64,000 nt of DNA, taken from contig OX597819.1 of assembly GCA_951406725.2 (NCBI GenBank), forward strand, positions 64,976,001 through 65,040,000, written 5' to 3'. This DNA is from Octopus vulgaris. Lineage: Eukaryota. Made by a program: the position numbers and the translations under genes. Under the pieces are notes generated by a model. The model ran no database searches, was not told where the DNA came from, and was given only the letters and a program-made list of their open reading frames with translations. The stretch's first letter is position 1. The number at the start of each line of letters is the position of its first letter. Below, piece by piece: positions 40,120-54,082 of this stretch.

Positions 40120-41728
40120 GAGAGACAGAAAGAGATTTAGATATTCGACTGATGTGAATGTAGATAGCTAGCAGTATATGTAGATACGGAACTAGATGAA
40201 TAATATGAACTGCATTCTTTGTAAAACCTTGACTGTGAGAATCAAGTATAGATCTAGAATTAGTTAGAGATCATTCGTATTGAAACACTTATGGCTGAAA
40301 TGTGGACATTCCTCATTGAACTCTATACTTGGTTTCGGTATTCTGGTCTCTGACTGTTATACAATATCTGTCACATTATTATTATTATGAATTTGCTTTT
40401 ATTTTAACATTCTAATATCTTTTTTTAAGACGATGATAAGTTCTTCCTTTTCAGTCCAACAGCACAATCAATTCTATTTGTGTGACACTGAACTGTCTCA
40501 TTGGGAAGGTAATATCTTGAGATGGATTTTGAATGACTACAAATAATGTGTTTGTCAATATTTTATTGTCAACTATTTTGTATCTCTCGTTACACCGGTA
40601 TCAAATACGGTTCATTTAAGTCATTCATACACCATTGATTTGTTTCACGCAAACATTTTATGAGGATAATATTTATCTTGTGACGATTTCTATCGGAGAT
40701 ATCTGTTTATATACGCGTCTGCACGAACGTGTTAAATGTAAATGTTCCACATAGATATCCACACAGTTATACTAACACGTATACATGAACATTCCCACAT
40801 ACGTGTTAATAAGCTCTACCTGAAATGGTGGAAACAGGAAATATAATGTATGGAATACATTCATCAGATTATGTATTTGCCTTCAATAATGAAAATTATG
40901 CAATCAGAATATTTGAGAATACATTTAAAGATTTACACGTATGGAAACACTGGGGATAAGGCTATACGTATTCGTACGTGAAACGATATAGTTATTCAAA
41001 TGTTTAATATTACAAAGCAAACCCTTTTTTTATAGATGTCTACGATTACAAAACGTTCTGTCGTCTTTGTTAAAGGAAAATGGATGTTCCTTCATTCTAC
41101 ATATAATATATTTTCTATGTTACAATAATGTATTATAATGTAGAAATCTAATCATCAATAAATAAAACACGGACAGAAATATGGTAATGAAGAGTTAAAA
41201 TGGCAGAAATGTAACACCAAATTTTCACTTGAAAAAGCAATATTATCGAAAGCTAATTAAATGTATGTAAGAGTACAACAGATGAATACTAGAAGATAGA
41301 AATAATGAGAAGGCGGGAAAAGAAAGACAAAGTAAGGAAGGCGGGAAATTTCGTTGTGAAATGGCTGAATATAAAGAGCATAAAAATTAGTATGGCCAGT
41401 GATTATTTCAGATAACCATCTAAAACAATGGTAAATGTAAATTAGAGGAAAGAAATTGTATATGAATTATAAAGTTTAATAGTATGAAAAACATCAAATT
41501 TCATGTTAAGAATATTCTTCGGTAACCTTATTGTCTTAATATTTCAAGAGATGAATAAACAGTATAATAGAATCTTCAAATTGACACTATGATGTCTTGT
41601 ATCGGAAATAACGTAAATACGAATAAGATACACACATATATATATACATATGAGCATACGCGCACATACACTTATACTATACACACTTATATGTGCGTAT
41701 AGTATAAGTGTGTAAGCACGCACGCGCA

Positions 41729-41771
<43 letters not shown>

Positions 41772-41873
41772 GGTAAATATATATATGCATACATACACAC
41801 ATACGCACGCACATATATGTATATATAGTTAAATGTATGTATATGTATACATTTCTCTCCCCCTCTCTCTTTC

Positions 41874-41945
<72 letters not shown>

Positions 41946-42344
41946 CATGTGTATGTTCGCATGCGTACATGCGTGTATCTATGTGTGTATTTGTGTTTGT
42001 GTATATATGTGTGCGCATTCACGCATAAACTTTTATGTGAAAGGGAGTTTTAAAAAAACTATACACGGAAGAAACTTAAATAGGCTGATATGCATTTGTA
42101 ACAATAACTGTGATATATCCATTTCCCTTATAGTACCTAAATGTTCACGTAAATAAATATATATATATATCTTTATACATATGCACGTGTGTGTGTTTGC
42201 ATATTCATATATATTCGTGTACGTCTAACAGAAAATGCACATATATGTAGCTATTTGTGCATGTATGTGAATGTCTATAACATATATATATTATTCATAC
42301 GTATATTACTGATACATGTGCATGGATGTGTTTTTCGAGTATGC

Positions 42345-42407
<63 letters not shown>

Positions 42408-42939
42408 TGCGTGTATGCATTTATATGTGTGTACACACGCGCTTGTGCGTATGAGTGTGAAGGCAAATAATTTATTTTAGACGGCATTATAAACGGCAGG
42501 AATTGATATTGAATACGCGGCCTTACATTATATTTATTTAAGTGTGAATTTAAATTTTGTAACTTTGAAATTCATGTAATTTATTGTCAAAGAATATATG
42601 AATAAAGACGGAGGAAATGATTAAATTGTATGTAAAAAGAAATAATGAAATCAAGTAAAAATCTAACTTCTGTTAACTGATTGGCGAAAGAAAAATTCCA
42701 GCAGATAATTGTACGTTTATAAATATTATTCGTTTGTACACAGAAGCGCGCGTGTGCACACTCTCATCTACATTCACTCACATATAATCAAACGATGATA
42801 GTTATACATACACACAGACGAGCACACATAGTTTTATATACACCCATTTTCTTCTATGATTGTGTACGTGCGTGTGAGAGAGAGTGTGTGTAAGATTATG
42901 AATATATGTATAGAATTACTCCTCCAGACATATGTATAG

Positions 42940-42982
<43 letters not shown>

Positions 42983-43159
42983 TATACATAGAGAGAGAGA
43001 GAGAGGGGGGGAAGGGAGATAGATAGATAGATATGCACTCATGTACGTATGTATATTATAGAGAATAAATATCTAAAATTTCGATGCAATTCATTTCTAT
43101 CAAGTGAAAATATCTTAAGGCAGTCACCATACGTCATTTATGCTCAAATGCTCTATCGT

Positions 43160-43285
<126 letters not shown>

Positions 43286-44737
43286 AGATAATTGATAGAT
43301 AAACAATGTAGAATTATAGAGAAAACCTTTTTATCTGAAGAAAAAGACAGAAATCAAAACTGCAATTTGATTCAAGAACATGGTCGTAATTGAATTGTCA
43401 TTCAGAAAACCAAGTAAGATTTGAAAAGCAGGGAGACAAAACAGGGAGAGTTAATAGGAAAACACGTAGCTACACTGAAAACATGTAGAAGTCGCAATTT
43501 ATGTAAAACTCCTTCCCATACATCGTTCTCTGACAAATCTATCATACAGAATTTGCATAATGTCTTTTTGCTGTATGTAAATAGGCAATGAGGATGTAGT
43601 TACGTAAATGCATAGCACCCGCTTTGAATTTCAAAATATGTTTCCCGTATAGCATTGAAATGAACTCATATTCCGTCATTGTTATGTTAGGAAGCAGCTG
43701 CGAACGGAAAGAGGGCGTTAATTTGGAATTTTGTTTATTATTACTATTTTTAATTAATTTTAAGATAAATTTCGAATCTCCGAAAGGAAAGTTTTCGTTT
43801 GGGATGAAGACAAATGTTTTTTATGCAAATAAAATTCCTATAATAATTCGTTTTCCCTTTAACCTCTATAAAATTTCGATTGCCAGCCATCACTTAATTT
43901 CAGTTTTGGTATTGTTTGGCATTTCCAGGAACTGGCAAGTCATTTTTACTTAAGCAGATTTCAGATATCACTATCCCTACAATTTCAATAGTTTCAAGAA
44001 TTAGTATCATACATATAGCTTGAAGTGATTCAGTTTTTACACGTAGCGACATTTTGATAACAACATCAGTGAATTTACATAAAAGGAATTTTAGTATACA
44101 TGATTCCATTAAAATAAAAATGTCACTAAGAAATGAAGAAAGTTCATGCTTATATTACATCTTGTGCCTGTTTTCATTTTCACAGTTTGCATACGAGAAC
44201 GGGCATTGTGACGAGTTCTCGCATCACAGACTATATTACAGAGTACATTAAGTTGATGAAATGTATTTGCATTAACAAAAAAAAAAAAAAACTGAAATAT
44301 ATGCGATTCTACGTGAAAATTGTGTGGGCTCCTTATTCTGATATATCTTAGAAATGGACCTTCTGAAGGTTGTCCTCGACAAAATTATGTATTCTGATTT
44401 GATAAAATTGATAATAAAATTTATGAATCCATTTTATAGCCATTCATATTTCGTAAGAGTTATAATTGGTTTTGCAAGACAGATCTCAAAACACACATCG
44501 TGCTGCAACACATCCATCATCTGTAAAACATATGCATCAATGGGGGTCATACAAGCTTCTATATGCAACAATTATCTATTTATCTACGCATGTGTCTACT
44601 CATTCACGGACACGCACACACATCTATATATATTTATAAAATAGCAAAATATAAAAATGATTATATCAGTGGCCGAGCACATATTGATGACCGTACAGGT
44701 AACACTAATTTTTTATACGTATATAATAATAACAATA

Positions 44738-45049
44738 ATTGCAGCGTGGAAGGTGTTTATAAGCCATTTAAGAAACACACAAAACCGTTAGATTCACTTC
44801 AACATTTAAATTTAATTTGTCAAAATATTTTCGTCGCTTTGAGACCGCGACCTGTTCACTGACAAAACTTCGTGCTGCAGCACGATTAAATTTAATTGTT
44901 GAAGTGAATTAAATTTAAATGTTGAAGTGAACCTAACGGTTTTGTGTGTTTCTTAAATGGCTTATAAACACCTTCCACGCGGCATTTGTTTTCGTTCCAG
45001 CACACGATCTCAGATCAAGTCACTTGCTATGCAAGTATATCTCCGTAAT
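44738..45049. mobile_element. PLE-type fold-back pLTR element, same family as 54083-54427
   Basis: Inverted arms tgcagcgtggaaggtgttt...aaacaccttccacgcggca; shared tail cacacgatctcagatcaa...atctccgtaat. Confidence 0.8.
44816..44866 (-). ncRNA. type I hammerhead, G3:C8 core variant
   Basis: UUUGUCA-GUGAACA-G-GUCGC(GGUCUCAAA)GCGAC-GAAAA-UA-UUU-UGACAAA. Confidence 0.7.
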
Positions 45050-45620
45050 AATAAAAAATCTTATAATAGTTAAGGGCTATAGGAAATGACCATCACCAAT
45101 GCTAGAAGTAGATGTCAAATACCCACAATCCACTCTAAAATTTCTTCTCTATATTCAATATATTCAATGAATATGGTCATTTCCAGTAGCCCATAACTAT
45201 AATTATATTTTTGTAATTATATATGTAAATGGTGTGTGCGTAGTGTACATGTTTGTGTATGTGTATGCGCATGCTCAGATCTGGTATGTTTGTGTGATAA
45301 GAATAAGGAGAACATATTATGTTATCACATATACGATAAAAGCAACATGATTCCTATTCCATTTCTGTGAAGACATATGATATATAATTACATTGTGTCC
45401 ATAAAATTTCACCTACGTATAATAGTATGTACTTTTACCTCTTTTCTTACATATTCCCTCTGAATTAAATTTTAAGATATGTAGATACGTATACGACAAT
45501 GTCATACAGAATTTAACATAATATAATTAAAGTGGTATCGCGCTTTACGCGAAGATTACATATATCAAAATTATTAGATATGTGTCGAAAAACAAACTCT
45601 AAGTATGTCACTCATCTAAT

Positions 45621-45694
<74 letters not shown>

Positions 45695-46422
45695 TATATA
45701 TATATACACACACATATATATATATACACACATTTTTCTTTCGACACATATCTAATAATTTTGATGTATGTAATCTTCGAGTAAAGCGCGATACCGCTTT
45801 AATTATATTATGTTAAATTCCGTATGCCATTATCGTATACGTATCTACATATCTTAAAATTTAATTCAGAGGGAATATGTAAGAAAAGAGGTAAAAGTAC
45901 ATACTATTATACGTAGGTGATATTTTATGGACACAATGTAATTATATATCATATGTCTTCACAGAAATGGAATAGGAATCATGTTGCTTTTATCATATAC
46001 TAGCAGTATCGCCCGGCGTTGCTCAGGTTTGTAAGGGAAATAACTATAAAGCATTTTAAAGCCGTGGTCAGGGTGAGGGTACAAGCAAACAGACACACAG
46101 AAACACGCACAGACAAACTGCCGTTTATATAGAGAGAGATGTGATATCATAATATGTTCTCCTTATTCTTATTACACAAACATACTACATCTGAGCATGT
46201 GCACATACACACACACACACGTACACCATGCACACACACATATACATATATAATTATAAAAATATAATTATAGTTAAGAGCTACTGGAAATGACCATATT
46301 CATTGAATATATTGAATATAAAGAAGAAATTTTAGAGTGGATTGTGGGTATTTTACATCTACTTCTAGCATTGGCGATCATCATTTCCTGTAGTCCTTAA
46401 CTATTATTACATTTTTATTATT
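45047..46422. repeat. ~544-bp inverted duplication (arms 45047-45590 and 45739-46422) around a microsatellite spacer
   Basis: Arms align over their length once the 140-bp Helitron is removed from the right arm. Confidence 0.9.
46000..46139 (-). mobile_element. non-autonomous Helitron, 140 bp
   Basis: Minus strand starts TC, ends CTAG after subterminal hairpin cctgagcaacgccggg; inserted between A and T with no TSD; the empty site is in the left arm (~45330). Confidence 0.88.
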
Positions 46423-46554
46423 ATATGCATAAAAAAATCAATGTTACCTGTACGGTCATCATTGTGTACTCGGCCACTAATATAATCATTTTTATATTTC
46501 TTTATTTTATAAATATATATGTGTTTGCGTGTCTATATATATACATACATACGC

Positions 46555-46611
<57 letters not shown>

Positions 46612-46677
46612 AATTAATGTGTGCGTGCGTGTATGTGTCTATGTGTGTGCGCGTATGTATGTATGTATCTGTAAATA

Positions 46678-46925
46678 TAATATGTGACAATTATTCGGTA
46701 GCCATGATAAAACTCCGAGTTTCGGATGTCGGGGCGGAAACCCACGCCGCCATCTCTTCAATTATCGGGCCATTGAAAATATTTTTTTTTTCGATGGCCC
46801 AATAACTGAAGAGTTTTATCATGATTACCGAATAATTGTCACATATTATATTCGCAGATAAGTTCCTCTGTTTACATAATATCGACGTCTCTTTAATTCT
46901 TTTGTCGTCTTACCATTTCTATCAA
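46678..46925. mobile_element. PLE-type fold-back pLTR with degenerate hammerhead (46706-46766, minus)
   Basis: Arms aatatgtgacaattattcggta / taccgaataattgtcacatatt; GAUAA-UUGAAGA-GAUG...CAUCC-GAAAC-UCGGA-GUU-UUAUC; the other arm retains CUGAAGA. Confidence 0.6.
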
Positions 46926-46994
46926 TATATATGGAGCTAATCAGCGACAGCTTTTAGTCTTATATCTATAAGACTGCCATATTAATATGGCGAT

Positions 46995-47059
<65 letters not shown>

Positions 47060-47930
47060 CGTGTGTTTGTTTGCGCATGTATTCGTACATATATATAGGC
47101 ACAGAGATAAAGAATGTCCTTGTTAACACTATCGATGAAGATTATGGTTCATCAGTGTCCTTCATGTTCCTTGTGGTGTTTTTTCATATTGTTTTAATGA
47201 ATGTTTTTATTGATATATTCTAAAACATAAAATAACTGTTTATGTTTTTGCATTCATCCGTCGATGGATGTAAGGCAAGCTTGAATTTTACACCTCATAT
47301 AAATATTCGAAATTTTCCTGATGATATGATTTTTTACATATTATATGATTATAATTGTCAGTTAAATGATGCCCAGTTTTCTTGGAATGGCATATAACCG
47401 TTATTGGTGTCACTGAATGATTGAATAACTATTGTAATGTTTTTTCAGTCACACTCTGAAATCTGCTTTAATACTGTTCATCTATTTGAGCCAGTTCTGC
47501 ACTACATGCAAAATTGTATGTGTATTTGTATTTTGCGTTAATTTTCATGGTGTAACTTATCATCTATTATATCTCATTGTTTATCCTGGGATGAATCACC
47601 AGAGTAATTCATTCACTGAATCATTATATCCAGGGTCCAAGTGAAAGTCCACATATAGTGGTTTGTTTTAGTACCCTTAATCTTGGTGATCGCTTACAAA
47701 ATAAACTCTTTCACGAACTTGAAATGATTTGGTTGACGTTTACATGAAATTTAAGCCCATCTGGAACCACTTCCAGCAACTCTGTATCACTACCATCATT
47801 TTAGTGCTTTTGCGGGGTGATTATGCACTCGTAACATAGTAATGTGGGTATATGTGTGTGTGTGTGTGTGTGTGTAAATACATACATATATATATATATA
47901 TCTTGACACCGCTAAATCACTTAAACATTT

Positions 47931-48120
47931 AGATTCAAATTCGTTGGCGCTGCTGAGTTTCAAGCGTGATGCTAGTCGTCACCCATTTTGCATCACAATG
48001 GCTGACTACTAGCATCACGCATGAAACTCCAGAGTACCAACGAATTTGAATCTGTTTTGATCCTTACATGTATCTCCCAATAAATTTGTTGAGTGCCCTT
48101 CCTTCGTTTGTCCACTCTCT

Positions 48121-48122
<2 letters not shown>
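47931..48122. mobile_element. PLE-type fold-back pLTR with degenerate hammerheads (47945-47985 minus; 47999-48039 plus)
   Basis: Inverted arms; cores GUGACGA and CUGACUA, consensus CUGACGA; GAAAC-UCCAGA-GUA-CCA. Confidence 0.6.
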
Positions 48123-48184
<62 letters not shown>

Positions 48185-49636
48185 TACATAAATATATATA
48201 AACACACACACAGACATGAACATATCAAGTTTTGAAAACATCGAATAATTTGAAAATATTATTTAGCTAATTATCTGGGACAGAAATATACTTAAAAAGT
48301 TGTGAGAGCTGAAATATTACTGGGTAAAAAAAAAAGAAAAAGAAAAGAAATTAATAACAATAAATCTCACATACTTGATGAAAAACTACGGATAAACTGG
48401 CTCAGCTATACAAATAGATATTTACACGTGTATATCTGCTTGTGATGATATGTGTACCCCTGTGTGCACTTTTACGTGTACGTTGGCAACGGAGTAATTG
48501 TTTGGTCATTGCTCGACGTCTGTATGTTCCTCCATAAAAATAGATACATTTTATGAGTAGTGACAATTTTATATGAAATGATCAATATATAAAAAATCGG
48601 AGTTAGTGATTTTCCGAAACCTCTTTCACGCTACGGATCTTCTTTGAATGTGCCAGATATACTTCTTTTTTTTTTTTTGGCTTAATTGCCGATTCCTCTA
48701 TAAACATAAATATATTGCTTAGCTGTGTCAAAAATGTAGCTGCACCTGTATTTCCATTACTACTGAATCTTATTTTCCCATTACTACAGAATCTTATTTT
48801 CCCATATTTGAGGAAATCTTCTAATATTAACCTATTTATTATTCTGTAAAGTATGCTTTCTATAGTAATGTCTAATTCATCAATGTTTCCAAAGATTTCA
48901 TGAAAATGTTTAATAAAAGTTATTTTAATTCTCAAGTGTATATTGCTGTAAAATCGTATCGAATAGTTTGGCGACCTTGGGTGTTTGTGTATTTACTTGT
49001 CTAATGATGGATCGGAGAGTGTCATTATGTTAATGGATTTTTAATGTACTGCAAATATAATGCGAATTGAAATATCCTACAATCTGGGGAAGTGAAGTAG
49101 ATACTATTTCAACGTTGGCACAGTAATTAATTTGCTAAGCTTAATTATTAATTCAGATGCATCTTCTTTTCTAATCCTTATTACTTGGATGTTACCACTC
49201 TCTAGATTATTAAACTCTACAGTATAATCATTATCATCACGCACACATACGTTCACATAGACATCTAAACATAAACACGAGACACGCGAATTCAAAAGCA
49301 TATACGCACAGATACACACGCAGGCGCACACACACGCATATGTAGAGACACAGATGCATGGATAGCTGAAGAAAGAGGCAGCCTTATATGTATGTCTGTG
49401 TAGTTGTTCAGCTCTTCTAACTTGGATAGTATTCCCCGAAGCATTTGTTACAAGTCAGTGTGCTCTGATTTCAAATTCACCCTAAGAATCACTTTTTGCC
49501 TTTTCTTTCTTTTTGGGTTTAAAATGTACGACACCTGCTTACTGAAACATTTCTGTACATGGATATCGATCTCATAATTAAGAAAAATAGCTGAGTTTGG
49601 ACAAGTGACAATTAAATTAAAACAACATTCAGTATA

Positions 49637-50185
49637 TATTGGGTTGTCCGGAATGTTCGTGCCGATTTTTAAAGGAAAGAAAAAGGTCAATAATTACTAG
49701 CCATTAGAATTTTAATCAACCAAATATAAACCATTTTGTTGCACAATGCGTGTCCATCTTTCCTTTAACTTGAAAATACCCTCTTCCCAGAATTCAGGTG
49801 GTTTCATGGCAAAGAATTCTTCAAGGTCGCTCTTTACATCATCCAAGGAATTGAAATGTTTACCATTAAGACTGTTCTGCAGAGACCTGAATAAGTGAAA
49901 ATCCGAAGGAGCAATATCTGGTGAATATGGAGGGTGTGGTAACATCCCAGACGAGCTGCAGCAATTTTTGTCTGGTTCCCAAAGCATCAAGTGCCGAAAA
50001 TGAACTTTCTTATCTCCATTTTAAAGGATTACAGAATTAACACAGGTTATAGGAACATAACCCCCACCACCCACAAAACAAAAGATAGCTTCAACTGTGA
50101 TCTATATTATGGACGCGAACATGTTCTAAAGTAAATCGAAAATAAGCTACTATAAATCGGCACGAACTTCCCCGACAAGCCAATG
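49637..50185 (-). mobile_element. internally deleted mariner copy with both TIRs
   Basis: HPPYSPDIAPSDFHLFRSLQN...ERW; same deletion junction as 13803-14370. Confidence 0.92.
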
Positions 50186-51955
50186 CAATTAATTCAGTCT
50201 TGAATGATACCGATTAAGCGATTATTGCAATGGCAGTGTAATAATGAGTCCCTAGAAACCTAGGTCTATTAGCGTGATAACCATTACCTTAAAAAGAAAC
50301 TCAAAATTATGATAGACCTTAATAAATGTAAAATCTAGCTAACAAATATTCTGAAGTAGAGTTTGCATCGACTTTTCGCAGGATCTTTAATAGTTTTAAA
50401 ATGAAATGGTTCAATGAAAAAACAACACAACATGCCATTAAATTCAAGATTATCTCGTATATTCATGACAACATTTTTTTCTGAATGCAATTTGTCAATT
50501 ATTTTCTTCCGGCAATGTAAATGTGGACTAATTTACTGTTTTTGTTTTCTATAGCTTACTATTTTATTGAAAATACACTACAAACCAGGTTCTTCAGTTA
50601 ATTTTTCTGTCTATCAAAATATCTGAAACGATCAGGACAATTGTTTTCTTTAAAATGCTTATTTCCCTACCTTGAAAACTTAATTCGTCCCCTCATTAGA
50701 ATTTTTCTGGCTAGAAATAACATTTTTGGTCATTTCGGCGTTTCATTCTAGAATGAACTTTATGCTTATGCTCTTACGTTATTGCCATAAATTAGTTAGA
50801 CTTTCACTCATTCCCTTCAATGGGAGACTAACGGGCAAGTTCTGTTTTAGGTTGTCATTCTATATTGGTTTCTCGTTTGTTTTATGAATGCTCCGGCTAG
50901 ATAAAAATGTTAACCGGGTTCTTGTTGATTGTATATTTACTATACATTTGGACCATTCATTGTTATAACTAGAATTATATATTTACAGGACAGAATTGAC
51001 ATTATCTTCACATTGTGGGTGACGTTCATACTAATTGTGATGTAGAGATGAGCTCCAGGTTATTTAAAGTATTATTTTTTGCATGGACAACCATTAACGA
51101 TAGGTGATTTAAAGATACTGGCTTACTTGTGCTGTTTTGGGACCGTTTGTTATTGTGCTATTGGCGCAATGTTCGAGTCTGTTAATATCGATTATATTTA
51201 TTTCCAAAGATTTCTTTATTTAGGAACCACGAGGACGTTATTTTATACAATAATCACATCGATCGGTTTTATATACATTATTAGTGCTTTGTGTTACATT
51301 ATCATAATTATATGCTTAATATATGCGAAAAGTGGGATTCAAAATGAATATATTCACAAATCTTGAAGTTTCTTCCACCATTACTTCTCACCTCCCTGTT
51401 AGTAGAGATTGTATTTTACATTGATATATCTATCTTTGCTGCTGCTTTGTTCACCGTCAGATGCAATTCTAAAAGTTGCATGGATAACATCTGCTTGCAG
51501 GCGACAAATTACATACATCTCAGATATGGAATTTTAACTGTGTTACTAAGTTAGTAGTTCAGCCATAGTTTTGGTGTGCTATTTGCGTAGATAGAAGAGG
51601 TGGTAATAGTTGGTTAGTTAAGTGTAATTGCGCAAGAATTTGACACACTATCGGTTGAAACAGCGGGGCTTTCACCTGCGACAGGCACAAGATAATTTGC
51701 CACTCAGCGCGATTTTACACTACTAGTGCAAACTGGTCTTCATGCATTTAAATTGTGGGGAGCCTGCTACCTTCATGTGCAGTATTTATCTCTCTGTCAT
51801 TCGGGCTTTATTGACGCGAGGAAGAAAGGGAGAGAGAATGAGGAAGAGAAATTCAGAGAGAGGAAGATATATAGGTACGTATATTATATATAACGTAGAC
51901 AATTTACTCCATAAAGACTACACAAAATCATTCTCAATATTGCTGTTGGCTGAAA

Positions 51956-52390
51956 GGCGACGAGTTTGGCAGTAATCGTTAGCACGCCGCGCAAAATGCT
52001 TAGCGGTGTTTCGTTCGTCTTCACGTTCTCATATCGACTTTGTATTTTATCATTTCGGGGTCGACAAAAAATAAGTACCAGTAACACTGGGGTCAATCTA
52101 ATCGACAGCCCCATCCATGCAATTTCTGGCCTTGTGCCAAAATTTTCAAGCCAATGATACTGTCGGCTGAAGGGGGGCAAGCTGGCAGAATTGTTAGCAC
52201 GCCGGGCAGATATGCTTTACCGCATTTCTTCCGTTCTTACGTTCCGAGTTTAAAACTCGCCAAACTCAACCTTGATTTTCATCCTTTTGGTATCGATAAA
52301 GTACGTACCAGTTGATCACTGGGGTTTGGGTAATCAACTTACCCCTCCCCCGATATTGCTGGCCTTGTGAAAAAATTTCAAGCCAGTAAC
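51956..52390 (+). mobile_element. two tandem SINE family A copies (51956-52160, 52172-52390)
   Basis: Each has a tggcag...gttagcacgccg head and a gtaccag...ctgggg body. Confidence 0.8.
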
Positions 52391-52831
52391 TTTTGTGGCT
52401 TATAACAAAATGACCAAAACGCAGCTCAAACAAAATTTATGACATTCGCAAAGTTTCGATACTTTACATCTCATCCACGATTTATTATTTTCAATAACAT
52501 CTGCCAAGCAATCTCGATGGGTGAAATTATCGACACCAATTACCTGCTCAAATATTGGAAGTGGTTAATGGTAGTTTCGTATATGGAATAAGTACTATAG
52601 TTTATAGATGAGATCCAAACATTTTCCGTACAGAAAACACTTATTAGTGTTAATGTGATTTAAACTTGAGCTCGTATTGAGTTAAATATAGGGAAAAGCG
52701 AGCTAAACAGATCGATTTATAAAGCTTACATGAAATACAGAATATGTATATATGTGTACAAAGAAAGGTTCAACTAACACACATTAGAAAGGATATAGAG
52801 AATTAAAGGGCTGGAGGAAAAATATTACAAA

Positions 52832-52922
52832 TCCAACAGCTGTTTCGAGGGTTTCGCCTGTCTATAATAACGTTTGTAGATAGATTCCATCATAAGATGA
52901 GACATGTCTTTATCTTCAGGGA
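52832..52922 (-). ncRNA. degenerate type I hammerhead (PLE pLTR type)
   Basis: UCC-CUGAAGA...GAAAC-AGCU-GUU-GGA; stem II is not convincingly paired. Confidence 0.4.
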
Positions 52923-53139
52923 AGAAATCTTACATATGAGTTGTTGAAAAAGAGAATTTCAAAGATGGAAAGGATCATTATAAGTTTGGAAAGTTATCCG
53001 GGCCTGTGTGAATTAAATCAATTGAGGTCTTTGGACTCGTCTATCTATGGTTGTATTATTATATACTCATTTCTTGCGTTCATTCACTTAGCTCCAGCAT
53101 GACCACAGTCATATAAAAGAATAAAAGAAATTAAAATGA

Positions 53140-53650
53140 GCGCGATAAGAGCCACCGAAGAGCATTAACCTGCGTTAAGCATCAAAATGCGAAATCATCT
53201 CTGAACTGGCTATATCTGCGATCGTAGTGAACTTGTCTCCCTTGTCAGCCATTCGGTAGCTATTAAGTTGATTTGGCTCTTATTTCTAGCACTGCTGGCG
53301 CTGATTACTACCCTTTGTCACTTTAGTCACGTCTATACTTCTGACATTAGGTTGAAATGCGAATAAGCTATCCATATTCTTAATAATTTTTACTTTCACC
53401 GTTTATGAAATCAGCATGTGATTTCAAGGGTGCGGTGAGAACCACCAATGAGCATTAAGTCATCGATGATCTGGCTGCATCTGCTGTTGTAGGGAACTTG
53501 CCTCCATTGTCAGTCATTAAGATAGTGATTCTATGATTATTGAGTTGTTTTGACTCTTATTTCTAACAATACTGGTACGACTTAGCACCCTATGTCAGTT
53601 TAGTGACGAATATATTCCCGCCTTTGGGCTGTAAAATTGCGAATTCGTCA
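53140..53650 (+). repeat. diverged 290-bp tandem dimer with degenerate hammerheads (old retrozyme-like)
   Basis: Unit 1 AGCCA-CCGAAGA-GCAUU...AAUGC-GAAA-UCAUCUCUGA-AC-UGGCU (53150-53211); unit 2 ends UCAUCGAUGA-UC-UGGCU (53440-53476). Confidence 0.6.
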
Positions 53651-54045
53651 CCCATATTATTTATATATGTGAATATTTATATGTACGTGAAAGTGCGTTT
53701 GGAATGTGTCTATATATATATGTGTATATATGTATGTAGGTGTATGAGTGTGTGTGTATATGTGTGTATATATGTATGTATGTGTATGAGTGTGTGCGTA
53801 TGTGTGTGCGTTTGTATGTGTGTTTGTGTGCGTTCACGCGTGTATGTTCTCTTCTTTTTGGCTTCCCGGATCATCTAAGTGTTGGTGTGTTCAGGTATTC
53901 AGTGATTCCTGAAATCTGTCTTTTCTAGACAGCGATGTTTATGTGGCCAGCGTCAATAATGTACAACGTCATCCTCTTCGACGGAGCAAACGTTTTACCT
54001 TGAATACGCCGCAGTATAATGGTTATATATCTGTATATATATATG

Positions 54046-54081
<36 letters not shown>

Positions 54082-54082
54082 C

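Noticed and set aside
47115-47160. Minus-strand ACA-CUGAUGA motif
   Set aside because: No GAAA or stem II partner
51079-51554. Hydrophobic ORFs resembling a membrane protein exon
   Set aside because: Hydrophobicity is expected from T-rich DNA; no family motif or supportable splice structure
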